This document shows positions 25,969-34,374 of a stretch of DNA of 64,000 bases, piece after piece. Each line of letters begins with the position of its first letter. Position 1 is the first letter of the stretch. Source of the DNA: a virus. A program made the translations under genes and the position numbers. The stretch spans positions 32,001 through 96,000 of IMG/VR virus record IMGVR_UViG_3300045996_002876. One strand, given 5' to 3'. The notes under the pieces are model-generated. The model was not told the origin of the DNA. It made no database searches and saw only the letters and a list, made by a program, of their open reading frames with translations.

Positions 25969-26783
25969 GGACCATCCTCACCCGGACCGGCCGCCTCGTC
26001 TGCCCCCTGGCGCTCAAAGAGGACGATGTGGACGTCCTGGACGTGGCCTGGGCGTTGGCGGGCGAGGGAAGATTTTCCAACCACACGTGTGCGACGTTTA
26101 GCGTCGGTCAGCACTCCGTCCAGATGGCCCGCTGGGCCCTCCGCCTGGGGTACGGCGAGACGGTGGCCTACCAGTGCCTCCTGCACGACGCCCCGGAGGC
26201 CTACCTGGGGGACATCGCCACCCCGGTCAAGGAACTCTTCCCGGCGTACCGGGAGGCCGAGGAGGCCGCCTGGCGGACGATCGCCCGCGCCCTCCACTGC
26301 CCGCCCGCCCTGGACCACCGCGTCAAGGAGCTCGACCGCCGGGCCCTGCGGACGGAGCTCCGGGACCTCATGCCCGACTACGCGTCGGACGACCCCCAGC
26401 ACGCCCGCGACGCCGCGACCCGGCCGTTCCCCGAGCGGCTCCACCCGTGGCCGCGGGACCAGGCCTTCTTCTGGTTCCTGGCGGCGTACGCCGAGCTGGC
26501 CCCGGCCGGGGCCCCCGGCGTCGACTGGGCCCGGTTCAACGCCATCCGCTCCCGCTCCGACAAGCCCAGCTTTCGCCCCGCCCGTTACCCCAAGGACCCC
26601 GTGACCCCCGTGACCCCCGTGACCCCCGTGACCCCCGTGATGACCTCGACCCCGTTCACCCACACGCTCTCGTACGTGACCAAGACCGGCAAGACCATGT
26701 CCCGCCGGTTCCGCGACCTGGCCCTGACGGCCGGCGGCACGGCCGGGCGGATCACCCCCCTCCGGACCCCGGTCTCGAAGTAA
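25965..26783 (+). CDS. HD-domain phosphohydrolase (YfbR-like)
   Basis: RFSNH, SVGQHS, LLHDAPEAYLGDI. Confidence 0.88.
   Translation: MRTILTRTGRLVCPLALKEDDVDVLDVAWALAGEGRFSNHTCATFSVGQHSVQMARWALRLGYGETVAYQCLLHDAPEAYLGDIATPVKELFPAYREAEEAAWRTIARALHCPPALDHRVKELDRRALRTELRDLMPDYASDDPQHARDAATRPFPERLHPWPRDQAFFWFLAAYAELAPAGAPGVDWARFNAIRSRSDKPSFRPARYPKDPVTPVTPVTPVTPVMTSTPFTHTLSYVTKTGKTMSRRFRDLALTAGGTAGRITPLRTPVSK
26596..26640 (+). repeat. 9-bp tandem repeat encoding (PVT)n
   Basis: About five copies of (A)CCCCCGTG/CCCCGTGA in the HD gene tail. Confidence 0.85.
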
Positions 26784-26791
26784 CCCCGGTA

Positions 26792-26824
26792 CCGCCCGGC
26801 TTCGCTGGAGGCGAAGCCGGGCGG
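26792..26824. repeat. Perfect inverted repeat, 14-bp stem, TGGAG loop
   Basis: CCGCCCGGCTTCGC-TGGAG-GCGAAGCCGGGCGG, intergenic. Confidence 0.85.
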
Positions 26825-26838
26825 GCGGAGACCCGCAG

Positions 26839-27132
26839 ATGGCCCTCGGCGACTCCCTCCTGACCGGCGACGGGGACCCCGTGGCCCAGCGGCGGTTCAA
26901 GCAGGTGGCGATCGACCCGGCCCTCCTGCTGACCCTCCTGGCCGGGGCCGGGGAGTACACCCTGACCGGGATCCCGGCCGACGCCCGGGTCCACCGGGCC
27001 GCATACGACCTCGACCGGGACTGGTTCCGGATGACCCTGGTCTCGGCCGAGTTCCCGATCCTGTACGAAGGGGAGGAGATCCCGCCCTTGGCCCTCGGCG
27101 TCCGCCGGCTCGAACCCGACCACGTGGTCTGA
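26839..27132 (+). CDS. Hypothetical protein
   Basis: ATG after GGAG; operon packing. Confidence 0.6.
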   Translation: MALGDSLLTGDGDPVAQRRFKQVAIDPALLLTLLAGAGEYTLTGIPADARVHRAAYDLDRDWFRMTLVSAEFPILYEGEEIPPLALGVRRLEPDHVV

Positions 27133-27695
27133 TGGTGTACCCATCCTTCACGACGACCGGGCCGGCGAAGATCTGGCTCCCCGGGTTCGACGACCTGGCC
27201 GGCAAGTGGGAGCTGACCTTTCGACAGGACCCGGTGGACTGGACGACCCGACCCGCGGGGAACAAGGCCCCCCGGTCGTACCAGTGGATCGAGGCCGAGT
27301 TCCGGATTCACCCCGGTGAGATCCGGTGGGACGACCGGCGGAGACGGTGGGTGGACGTCCGGAAGGGCGTCGGCCAGACCCGCCGGCTCCTGGATTTCGT
27401 CCGGGGGGACCGGGTCCGGACGGTGCCCTTCGTCCCCGTCCCGGGCGGGTGGGTGTGGTACGTCCCGGGCCGCCCGACCGTCCTCCGGCGGACGCTCGAG
27501 CTAGCCGGCACGGCCATAGACATGAGCTGGCGGTCGGCCGGCGAGTGGGCGGTCGTCCCGTGCGGCGGGTGGCGGCTGGCGGACAACCCGTTCGACCGCC
27601 AGGTCCTGGCCTGCATGCTGGACGACGCCCTGGACCGGGGGGCCGACGAGAGTCCTTACCGGAAGGCCCTGGAACTCCTGGAGAAGTGGCCGTGA
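27132..27695 (+). CDS. Hypothetical protein (187 aa)
   Basis: TGATG overlap. Confidence 0.6.
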   Translation: MVYPSFTTTGPAKIWLPGFDDLAGKWELTFRQDPVDWTTRPAGNKAPRSYQWIEAEFRIHPGEIRWDDRRRRWVDVRKGVGQTRRLLDFVRGDRVRTVPFVPVPGGWVWYVPGRPTVLRRTLELAGTAIDMSWRSAGEWAVVPCGGWRLADNPFDRQVLACMLDDALDRGADESPYRKALELLEKWP

Positions 27696-27916
27696 CCTAC
27701 GCCTCGGACGAGTACTGGCCGACCCCCATCCGCCTCCCGGAGCCCGACCCCCGCACACCCGTGGTCGTCTCCCTCGACCTGGACCTCACAAGGTCGGAGT
27801 ACGGGCACGTGTACGACGACCTGGTCCGCCTCCACGCCGTCCCCAACCTGGACCCGCACACCCGGGCCCTCCTGTTCGTCCTGAGCGGGAAGTTCCTCCA
27901 GAGGTCCCGCCGATGA
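27692..27916 (+). CDS. Hypothetical protein
   Basis: GTGA overlap. Confidence 0.55.
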   Translation: MTYASDEYWPTPIRLPEPDPRTPVVVSLDLDLTRSEYGHVYDDLVRLHAVPNLDPHTRALLFVLSGKFLQRSRR

Positions 27917-28476
27917 CCCCGGCCCTCCTCTGCGGCCTCGTCCTGGCCCTCCGGGGCGACCTGGCCCACGACCGGTACCCGGTCCGGGCGGCCGCCCAGG
28001 CCCGGGTCGAGCGGCTCCCCGCGGGGGCCACCCCGGCCGTCCGCCGGCTGGCCGCCGACCCGGACCCGCAGGTGGCCGACTGGGCCGGCCGCGAGCTGGC
28101 CCGGCGGGCGGCGGCCGCGACCCTGGCCCGGGCCGAGGCCCTGATGGCCGAGCTGGACCCGGCGAGGTGGGACAAGGTGGAGGCCGAGGGGGCCTTCCTG
28201 GAGGCCCTGGTCCGCCGCCTGTACGCCGACCCGCCGATGGCCCTCCAGTGGGCCGCCCTGGCGTACTACCGGGAGGAGTCCCTGGACGACTGGGGCCGCG
28301 ACGAGTTCCTCCGGGTGTTCGCCGGGCGGGCCCCCGGGGACCCGCCGGCGGACCCCTACTGGGCGTCCCCGGCCTTCGGGTACTGGGCCCTGCACGACGC
28401 CTGGGCGGCCCGGGCCAAGGCCGCCGGGAAGACGACGTCCGCCCCCGCCCCCCGCGACACCACGGGACACGAATGA
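27913..28476 (+). CDS. Hypothetical protein with HEAT-like repeat
   Basis: LAHDRYPVRAAA..LAADPDPQVA. Confidence 0.6.
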   Translation: MTPALLCGLVLALRGDLAHDRYPVRAAAQARVERLPAGATPAVRRLAADPDPQVADWAGRELARRAAAATLARAEALMAELDPARWDKVEAEGAFLEALVRRLYADPPMALQWAALAYYREESLDDWGRDEFLRVFAGRAPGDPPADPYWASPAFGYWALHDAWAARAKAAGKTTSAPAPRDTTGHE

Positions 28477-29204
28477 CCCGCCCCAAGAAGGACCGCCAGG
28501 ACCGGAAGGCCGTGGGCAAGGACGCCCGCCTCGAGAAGGCGAGGGGCCGGCTCAAGGCCCTCAAGAAGCCCCATTGGGAACCGACGGACTGGCAGAGGGA
28601 GGCCCAGGCGGCCTTCCGCCAGTGCGACGTACTTGTGCTGGCCGGCTTTCCCGGAACGGCCAAGACGGCTTGTGCCGTCTGGCTGGCCGTCGAGGAGTTC
28701 CTGGCCGGCCGGTCGCGGAAGCTGTACCTGCTCCGCCCGAACGTCGAGGCCGGGCCGTCCATGGGCCACCTGCCCGGGGACGTCCTCCAGAAGCTCGACC
28801 CCTACCTCCGCCCGGTCTTCGAGTTCCTGTCGGCCCTCGGCCTGTCCGGCCACCAGATGATCAAGGACCGGACCCTGGAGGTGGTGGCCGTCCAGCACGC
28901 CAAGGGGCGGACCTTCCACGGCGGGACGATCCTCCTGGACGAGGCCCAGGACTGTCGGGAGAGCCAGCTGAGGCTGGTGTTCTCCCGGATGGGGGCCAAC
29001 GCGAAGCTGATCGTGACCGGGGACCCGAACCAGGCGGACATCCCGGACGACCCGAACCCCTTCCGGGTGTTCGTGGCCAAGGCGGCGATGGCCGCCGGGG
29101 ACCCGGCCGAGACCGGGTTCAAGCTGTTCCGCCTGGGGGAGGCCGACGTCCTCCGCCACGAGATGGTCCCGAAGCTCCTGAAAATGTGCGGGGTCCCCAA
29201 GTGA
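28473..29204 (+). CDS. phoH: PhoH-family protein
   Basis: GFPGTAKT, GHLPGD..KLDPYLRP, GRTF, LDEAQ, TGDPNQAD, RH. Confidence 0.92.
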   Translation: MTRPKKDRQDRKAVGKDARLEKARGRLKALKKPHWEPTDWQREAQAAFRQCDVLVLAGFPGTAKTACAVWLAVEEFLAGRSRKLYLLRPNVEAGPSMGHLPGDVLQKLDPYLRPVFEFLSALGLSGHQMIKDRTLEVVAVQHAKGRTFHGGTILLDEAQDCRESQLRLVFSRMGANAKLIVTGDPNQADIPDDPNPFRVFVAKAAMAAGDPAETGFKLFRLGEADVLRHEMVPKLLKMCGVPK

Positions 29205-29658
29205 GCGACAAGAAGCGGATCGAACTCCGGGCCGTCGTCGACCTGACCGACGACGAGATCCGGGCCCTGGCCGACGACTTCAACGGCCGGGCCCCGTCCT
29301 GCGTCCGGGGGGACGTGTACACGGCCCTCCGGGAGGAGTTCGGGAACCAGCTCCGCCGGATCGCCCTGGGCAAGACCCTGCTCCAGGCCGAGGCCCGGGT
29401 CCTGTGCGTGGGGGGCCCGGCGTGAGCGCCCTCCCGACCGCCCTCCCGGCCGAGCCGCGGGCCCTCCGGGTCACCCTGGACCTCCGGGCCGACCGCCTGG
29501 ACTGCCTCGCCGCCGACCTCCGCAAGGCGGCCGCCCACAAAGCCACGGCCTACGAGGCGGCGGCCGTCCTGAACTTCCTGGCCGCCCAGATCGAGTGGGC
29601 CCTGGTCGGCGGTTCCCAGTTCGACACCCCGGCCCCGACCTGGAGGGGCGACGTATGA
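29201..29658 (+). other. Two small hypothetical genes (29201-29425, 29422-29658)
   Basis: GTGA overlaps. Confidence 0.55.
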
Positions 29659-30074
29659 CCCTCCCGGTGAAGCTCCTGGACCCGGACGCCTTCCTGCCGA
29701 CGCGGGCCCACCCCGAGGACGCCGGCCTCGACCTGTACGCCCGGGCCCCGTTCACGGTCGGCCGGGGCAAGCAGGTCCGGGTCGGGCTGGGGATCGCGGT
29801 GGGCATCCCGCCCGGCCGGGTCGGGCTGATCCGGGACCGGTCCGGCCTGGCCGCCCGCGGCCTGCACGTCCTGGGCGGGGTGGTCGACGCGGGGTACGCC
29901 GGGGAGGTGGCCGTGGTCATCAAGAACCTGTCCCCGGCCGACCACGCGTTCGAGCGGCGGGACCGGGTGGCCCAGCTCCTGGTCGTCCCGGTCGACCTCC
30001 CGGAGCCGGTCCCGGTGGACGAGCTCCCCCTCTCGGCCCGTGGGGACGGCGGCTGGGGGAGTACCGGGGTATGA
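29655..30074 (+). CDS. dut: dUTP pyrophosphatase
   Basis: AGLDL, RSGLA, GVVDAGYAGE, AQLL, RGDGGWGSTG. Confidence 0.96.
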   Translation: MTLPVKLLDPDAFLPTRAHPEDAGLDLYARAPFTVGRGKQVRVGLGIAVGIPPGRVGLIRDRSGLAARGLHVLGGVVDAGYAGEVAVVIKNLSPADHAFERRDRVAQLLVVPVDLPEPVPVDELPLSARGDGGWGSTGV

Positions 30075-30298
30075 GCACGAACGACTTCTGCCCGACCTGC
30101 TCGGGCCCCTACGTGGTCCGGTGTAGGTGTCCCCGCGGGGACATGCGGTGTGCCGCCGGCCACGAGTGGCACACCTGCCCCCTGTGCAAGCGGGCGACCC
30201 CCGGCGAGTCCGATCACGCGTTCGACCTCCGGGCCGCGTACTGCCCCCAGTGTGCGGCCGGGGCGGACGTGGACGCCTTCGGCGGGAGCGACCTGTGA
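30071..30298 (+). CDS. Small Cys-rich zinc-binding protein
   Basis: Multiple CxxC motifs in 75 aa. Confidence 0.6.
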   Translation: MSTNDFCPTCSGPYVVRCRCPRGDMRCAAGHEWHTCPLCKRATPGESDHAFDLRAAYCPQCAAGADVDAFGGSDL

Positions 30299-31032
30299 GT
30301 TACGCCCCTCTCGTTTTTCAGGAGCCGCCCAAGCCGGAACGTGTCGAGTGGGCACCTTGGGCGATCGACCCCGTCGAGTCTTTTGTTCGGTACGGAACTC
30401 GGGTGGATGAGTGCAAGCCGACATCGCACAAACGCGTAAGCGTGGTGTGCTCCGCCTGCGGAACACGAGACGTTCGAGGGTTCTTGGATGCTCACAGAAA
30501 GCACAGGTGTAACGAACAACGCCCCGGGAAGAAGTGGTGTCCGGGCTGTCGCCAATGGCTACCCGATTGGTTCTACAGCCTGAACAAGAACAGCAAGGAC
30601 GGGCTGTACTCAGTCTGTAAGGGGTGTAACGGGAATCGAGAGTGCGCCTGGAACAAAGAGCGACGAAGGAGGGCCAGGCTCCGGTCCGACCTCCCGTACT
30701 ACTTCCGTAGAAGTCTCAGGAGTTACAAGGGGCGGGCCTCGAAGAAGGGCATCCCGTTTAACCTCGTCGCCGACGATCTGTTGGCCGTTTACGAGAAACA
30801 AAAGGGTCTGTGTTTCTACACCGGAGTCCCGATGAAGTTCCATTCCGGGGCCCTGAAGGCCGACAGCCTGTCCCTGGACCGGGTAGAGCCGCCCCTCGGG
30901 TACGTTTCGTCGAATGTAGTCATGTGTCTCCTCGGGGTCAATTCGTTTAAGCGGGACCTCCCTCTGGCTGACTTCAGGGCTCTGGTACGGACTTCCCTGG
31001 AGGGACTTCACCGCTTTGCGGAGCAAGAGTGA
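30295..31032 (+). CDS. Zn-finger His-Me-type endonuclease
   Basis: CPGC..CKGC; CFYTG..SLDRV..GYVSSNVVMC..N; lower GC. Confidence 0.72.
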   Translation: MSYAPLVFQEPPKPERVEWAPWAIDPVESFVRYGTRVDECKPTSHKRVSVVCSACGTRDVRGFLDAHRKHRCNEQRPGKKWCPGCRQWLPDWFYSLNKNSKDGLYSVCKGCNGNRECAWNKERRRRARLRSDLPYYFRRSLRSYKGRASKKGIPFNLVADDLLAVYEKQKGLCFYTGVPMKFHSGALKADSLSLDRVEPPLGYVSSNVVMCLLGVNSFKRDLPLADFRALVRTSLEGLHRFAEQE

Positions 31033-31541
31033 GCTACCACCGCTTCATAGGGGCGGACCCGGGGAAGAAGGGCGGGCTGTCCGTCCTGAACGCCGGCGGG
31101 ACGCTCCTGGCGTCCCGCCCCATGCCCCTGGACGCCGACGAGAACGTGGATTCGGACGCCGTCTGGGTCTGGGCGTCCGAGTGGACCGACGGGGGAGAGC
31201 TCTCGACCTTCCTGACGGTCGAAAAAACCTGGGCCCGGCCGGGTCAGGGCGTCGTCAGCATGCACACGTTCGGCCTCCAGGCCGGGTACCTGACCGCGGC
31301 CCTCGAGGTGTCCCTCCACCGGAAGGCCCACCTGGTGGCCCCACTGACCTGGATGAGGAGCCTGATGGGCAACGTCGGGGCCGAGGATTCCAAGTCCCTG
31401 GCCCGCGAGTTCGCCCAAAAGACCTGGCCCGCCCACTCCTTCCTGGCCACGAAGCGGTCCCGCAAGCCCCACGAGGGGATGGTCGACGCGGCCCTCATCG
31501 CCCTGTACGGGCTCCGGAACCACCAGGCCCTGGAGAGCTGA
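31029..31541 (+). CDS. RuvC-like Holliday junction resolvase
   Basis: IGADPGKKGG, VEK, FG..G, P.TW, DAALIA. Confidence 0.85.
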   Translation: MSYHRFIGADPGKKGGLSVLNAGGTLLASRPMPLDADENVDSDAVWVWASEWTDGGELSTFLTVEKTWARPGQGVVSMHTFGLQAGYLTAALEVSLHRKAHLVAPLTWMRSLMGNVGAEDSKSLAREFAQKTWPAHSFLATKRSRKPHEGMVDAALIALYGLRNHQALES

Positions 31542-31545
31542 CCCC

Positions 31546-32268
31546 GTGAGCTACGACCCGCCCGAGAGTGACCCGCCCGCCCCGTCGCCGTCTCAGGACG
31601 GCGACGGGGCCCCGGCCCCCGAGCGGCCCGCGTACGGGGACGAGCGGGACGCCCTGCCCGAGACGGCCGTGTTCCACATGGGCCCCGGCCAGGGCCTTCA
31701 AGAAGTTTCCTTGACGTCCAAGACGGTCGAGGAGAAGAAGGGGACGGCCTCCAAGACTCACAAGCTCCGCCTGTTCTACCAGGAGCGGGCCGCCGAGATC
31801 CTCCAGAAGCGGCTCGACGGGTGGACGATCCGCCAGCTGGCCGCCCACTTCGAGGTCACCCAGGGGACCATCCACAAGGTCCTGACCAAGGAGTACGGGC
31901 GGCTCGAGCGGAACACCCGCGAGACGATGGACCATCTCAAGATGATCCACCGGGAGCGGCTCGAGTTCATGTACAAGGCCCTGGTCCCCCTGATCGCCAA
32001 GGGGAACCCGCGGTCGATCGACATGGCCTGCAAGATCCTCGAGCGGCAGAGCAAGCTGGAGGGGCTGGACGCCCCCGAGAAGAAGCAGGTGGACATCACC
32101 GTCGAGTACTCGGACGCCGAGCTCGTCCAGCAGGCCGAGCGGCTCGGCCTGGCCGTCCCCGAGGTCCTCCGGGCCCTGGCCCAGGACGGGGACGTGGTGG
32201 ACGGCGAGATCGTCCCCCCGGAGGCCCTCCGGGACCGCCCGGCCCAAGCCCCCGAGGCCCCCGAATGA
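31546..32268 (+). CDS. HTH protein, candidate terminase small subunit
   Basis: GWTIRQLA..; ILERQSKLEGLDAPEK; upstream of terL. Confidence 0.6.
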   Translation: MSYDPPESDPPAPSPSQDGDGAPAPERPAYGDERDALPETAVFHMGPGQGLQEVSLTSKTVEEKKGTASKTHKLRLFYQERAAEILQKRLDGWTIRQLAAHFEVTQGTIHKVLTKEYGRLERNTRETMDHLKMIHRERLEFMYKALVPLIAKGNPRSIDMACKILERQSKLEGLDAPEKKQVDITVEYSDAELVQQAERLGLAVPEVLRALAQDGDVVDGEIVPPEALRDRPAQAPEAPE

Positions 32269-32471
32269 ACATCCGGATAACCCTGCCCGACGACGACCGG
32301 TTCCTGGACGAGGTCACGGCCTCCCTCATGGCGTTCGCGGACCGGGGGCCCGCCGCGGACCCGGCCGGCCAGGCCCCGACCGCCCTCGGGCGGTGTGTGG
32401 CCCGGGACCTGGCCCTCGTCATCCGGCAGAAGCGGAAGGCCCGTGCCCCGGCCGCGGGCTCCGGCGAATGA
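32265..32471 (+). CDS. Hypothetical protein
   Basis: ATGA overlaps. Confidence 0.55.
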   Translation: MNIRITLPDDDRFLDEVTASLMAFADRGPAADPAGQAPTALGRCVARDLALVIRQKRKARAPAAGSGE

Positions 32472-32911
32472 CCGAACGCCCCAGGCCCCCGAAGCCCCGG
32501 GCCCGGAAGGGCAAGCGGAGTCGGGCCCAACAGCGGGACAAGTTCCGGACCCTCGACGGCGGCCAGGGGGACCTGCTCGAGGACGACCTGGTCGTCCTCG
32601 ACTGGGTCAGCCGGCACGTCGGGTCGATGGGCTACCCGCCCTCGGTCCGCGAGGTCCAGGCCACGTTCGGGTACGCCAGCACGAAGGCCGCGTACGACGT
32701 CCTCCACCGGCTGGAGGCGTTCGGCTTCCTGGACGTAGACCCCGGGGTGACCCGCGGGATCCGGCTGTCGAACCTGCCCGACGCCCAGGACCAGGGGGCG
32801 GCCAGGCTCCGGCTGTGGCTGGCCGAGGCCGCCGCCCTCCTGAACAAGTACGCGGCCGACGAGCCGGACGCCGAGGCCTGGCTCCGCAAGGCCCAGGCCG
32901 CCACCTTCTGA
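32468..32911 (+). CDS. LexA-like DNA-binding protein without peptidase domain
   Basis: GYPPSVREVQATFGYAS..LHRLEAFGFLDVDPGVTRGIRL. Confidence 0.85.
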   Translation: MTERPRPPKPRARKGKRSRAQQRDKFRTLDGGQGDLLEDDLVVLDWVSRHVGSMGYPPSVREVQATFGYASTKAAYDVLHRLEAFGFLDVDPGVTRGIRLSNLPDAQDQGAARLRLWLAEAAALLNKYAADEPDAEAWLRKAQAATF

Positions 32912-32925
32912 CCGAAAGGGTTTTT

Positions 32926-33294
32926 GTGGTCGAATTGAGTGCGCTCGGAATCGTCGTCGGGGGAGGGGTCCTCCTGGGCTACCTGGTCGTGTCCTGGCTC
33001 GACTGGGCGGACTGTGCCCGCGACAGGGACCTGTACCTGGCGGAACACCGCAAGGCCGACCAGGAGGTCCGGGACCTCCGGGCCGCGAAGAAGGCCCTCG
33101 AGAAGAAACTGGAACACGTTCAGGAAATCAACGAACTCGGGCGGGACATCGAGGCGGAGCTCCAGAAGGCCCTGCAGGAGGCCGAGGCCAAGGCCGACCT
33201 CCACCGGGGCCAGGCCCGCCAGAACTCGGACTCCTGGATGGCGGCCGTCGCCCGCCTGGCCCGGATCCAGAAGATCGCCGGGGAGGAAGCGTAA
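32926..33294 (+). CDS. Membrane-anchored coiled-coil protein
   Basis: Hydrophobic N-terminus followed by a heptad-like region. Confidence 0.6.
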   Translation: MVELSALGIVVGGGVLLGYLVVSWLDWADCARDRDLYLAEHRKADQEVRDLRAAKKALEKKLEHVQEINELGRDIEAELQKALQEAEAKADLHRGQARQNSDSWMAAVARLARIQKIAGEEA

Positions 33295-33572
33295 TGTGCG
33301 TCGTCTCGATGGTGGCCGACCACTACTGGGACAAGTGGAAGCACCTCCAGCCCCAGGAGGCGTCCCCCACAGTCGTCCCGGTCCCGTGGCCGGCCCCCGT
33401 CCCGAACCCGCCGGCCATCTCCCCGGAGGAGGTCGAGGAGTTCCGCAAGCTCCTCGAGCGGGCCCGCGAATACGACCGGAAGAACTCCGAGCCGGACTGC
33501 GAGACCGCCGAGAAGAAGGCCCGGATCAAGAAGCTCGCCGACGACCTCGGCGTCCCGATCGACTTCCTGTGA
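33294..33572 (+). CDS. Conserved phage hypothetical protein
   Basis: MCVVSMVADH..LLERAREYD..EPDCE. Confidence 0.7.
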   Translation: MCVVSMVADHYWDKWKHLQPQEASPTVVPVPWPAPVPNPPAISPEEVEEFRKLLERAREYDRKNSEPDCETAEKKARIKKLADDLGVPIDFL

Positions 33573-33577
33573 GCCCC

Positions 33578-34015
33578 ATGAAGAACCTGCTCCCCGGCGT
33601 GCTCCTGCTGGCCGCCTTCTCCGCCGCTCAGGCGGCGGAGAAGGCCCCGCCCCCCGCCCTCCTGACCGGCCGCCCGACGGCCCTGGCCTCGACCGACGCC
33701 CAGGGGAACACCCGCGTCCGGGGCGAGACCTTCCGCCTCCTCGTCCCCCAGAAGGACGGGACCCCGAGGACCGTCCCCCTGGACCTCCAGGAGAACCCCG
33801 AGCTCGGCCTGATGCTCCTCCGCCTGGGCCACCGGGAGATCACCCTGGAGGGCACCCTGGTCACCAAGGCCTGGCCCCTGGTCTGGCCGGTCCCCTGGGG
33901 CGGCGGGCTCAAGGCGGTCATCCCGACCGACGGCGTCGAGGTCCTCCGGGTGAGCGAGGTCCGGGTGAACTTCGACAAGGCCCCGGTCGTGAAGCCCGCC
34001 CCCGAGGACGACTGA
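33578..34015 (+). CDS. Exported hypothetical protein
   Basis: Signal peptide MKNLLPGVLLLAAFSAAQA. Confidence 0.65.
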   Translation: MKNLLPGVLLLAAFSAAQAAEKAPPPALLTGRPTALASTDAQGNTRVRGETFRLLVPQKDGTPRTVPLDLQENPELGLMLLRLGHREITLEGTLVTKAWPLVWPVPWGGGLKAVIPTDGVEVLRVSEVRVNFDKAPVVKPAPEDD

Positions 34016-34016
34016 G

Positions 34017-34286
34017 ATGACCCTCCGCGGACAAGAGCTCGAAGAGGCGATCCACCTGGCGGACCACCTCCGCGAGGCCCACAACGGGATCGGCGGCGTG
34101 TACCTGTACCTCGGGCACGACGGGGACAACTCCTGTCGGCTCAAGGACGGGGACGCCGACGAGGTCGGGTACGGGTGTTCGGGGCGGGGCCTGAAGGAGG
34201 CCGTCCTCCGGGCCCGGGCCGATTGGGAAGCCCGGTCCGCCGACGGCCGGGACCCCCGCACGCCCCTCCCGGCGGGCGACCGATGA
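34017..34286 (+). CDS. Hypothetical protein
   Basis: Operon packing. Confidence 0.55.
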   Translation: MTLRGQELEEAIHLADHLREAHNGIGGVYLYLGHDGDNSCRLKDGDADEVGYGCSGRGLKEAVLRARADWEARSADGRDPRTPLPAGDR

Positions 34287-34374
34287 CCTATGACGACTTC
34301 CTCTTAACTGCCGCCCTGGCCCTGGTCGTCGCCCTGTTCGGGGCCGCCTGGGCGAGCGGCTTCTCGGACCGCCC

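Noticed and set aside
26596-26640. Tandem repeat as a CRISPR array or phase-variation switch
   Set aside because: 9-bp in-frame unit with no spacers; copy-number change would only alter a linker
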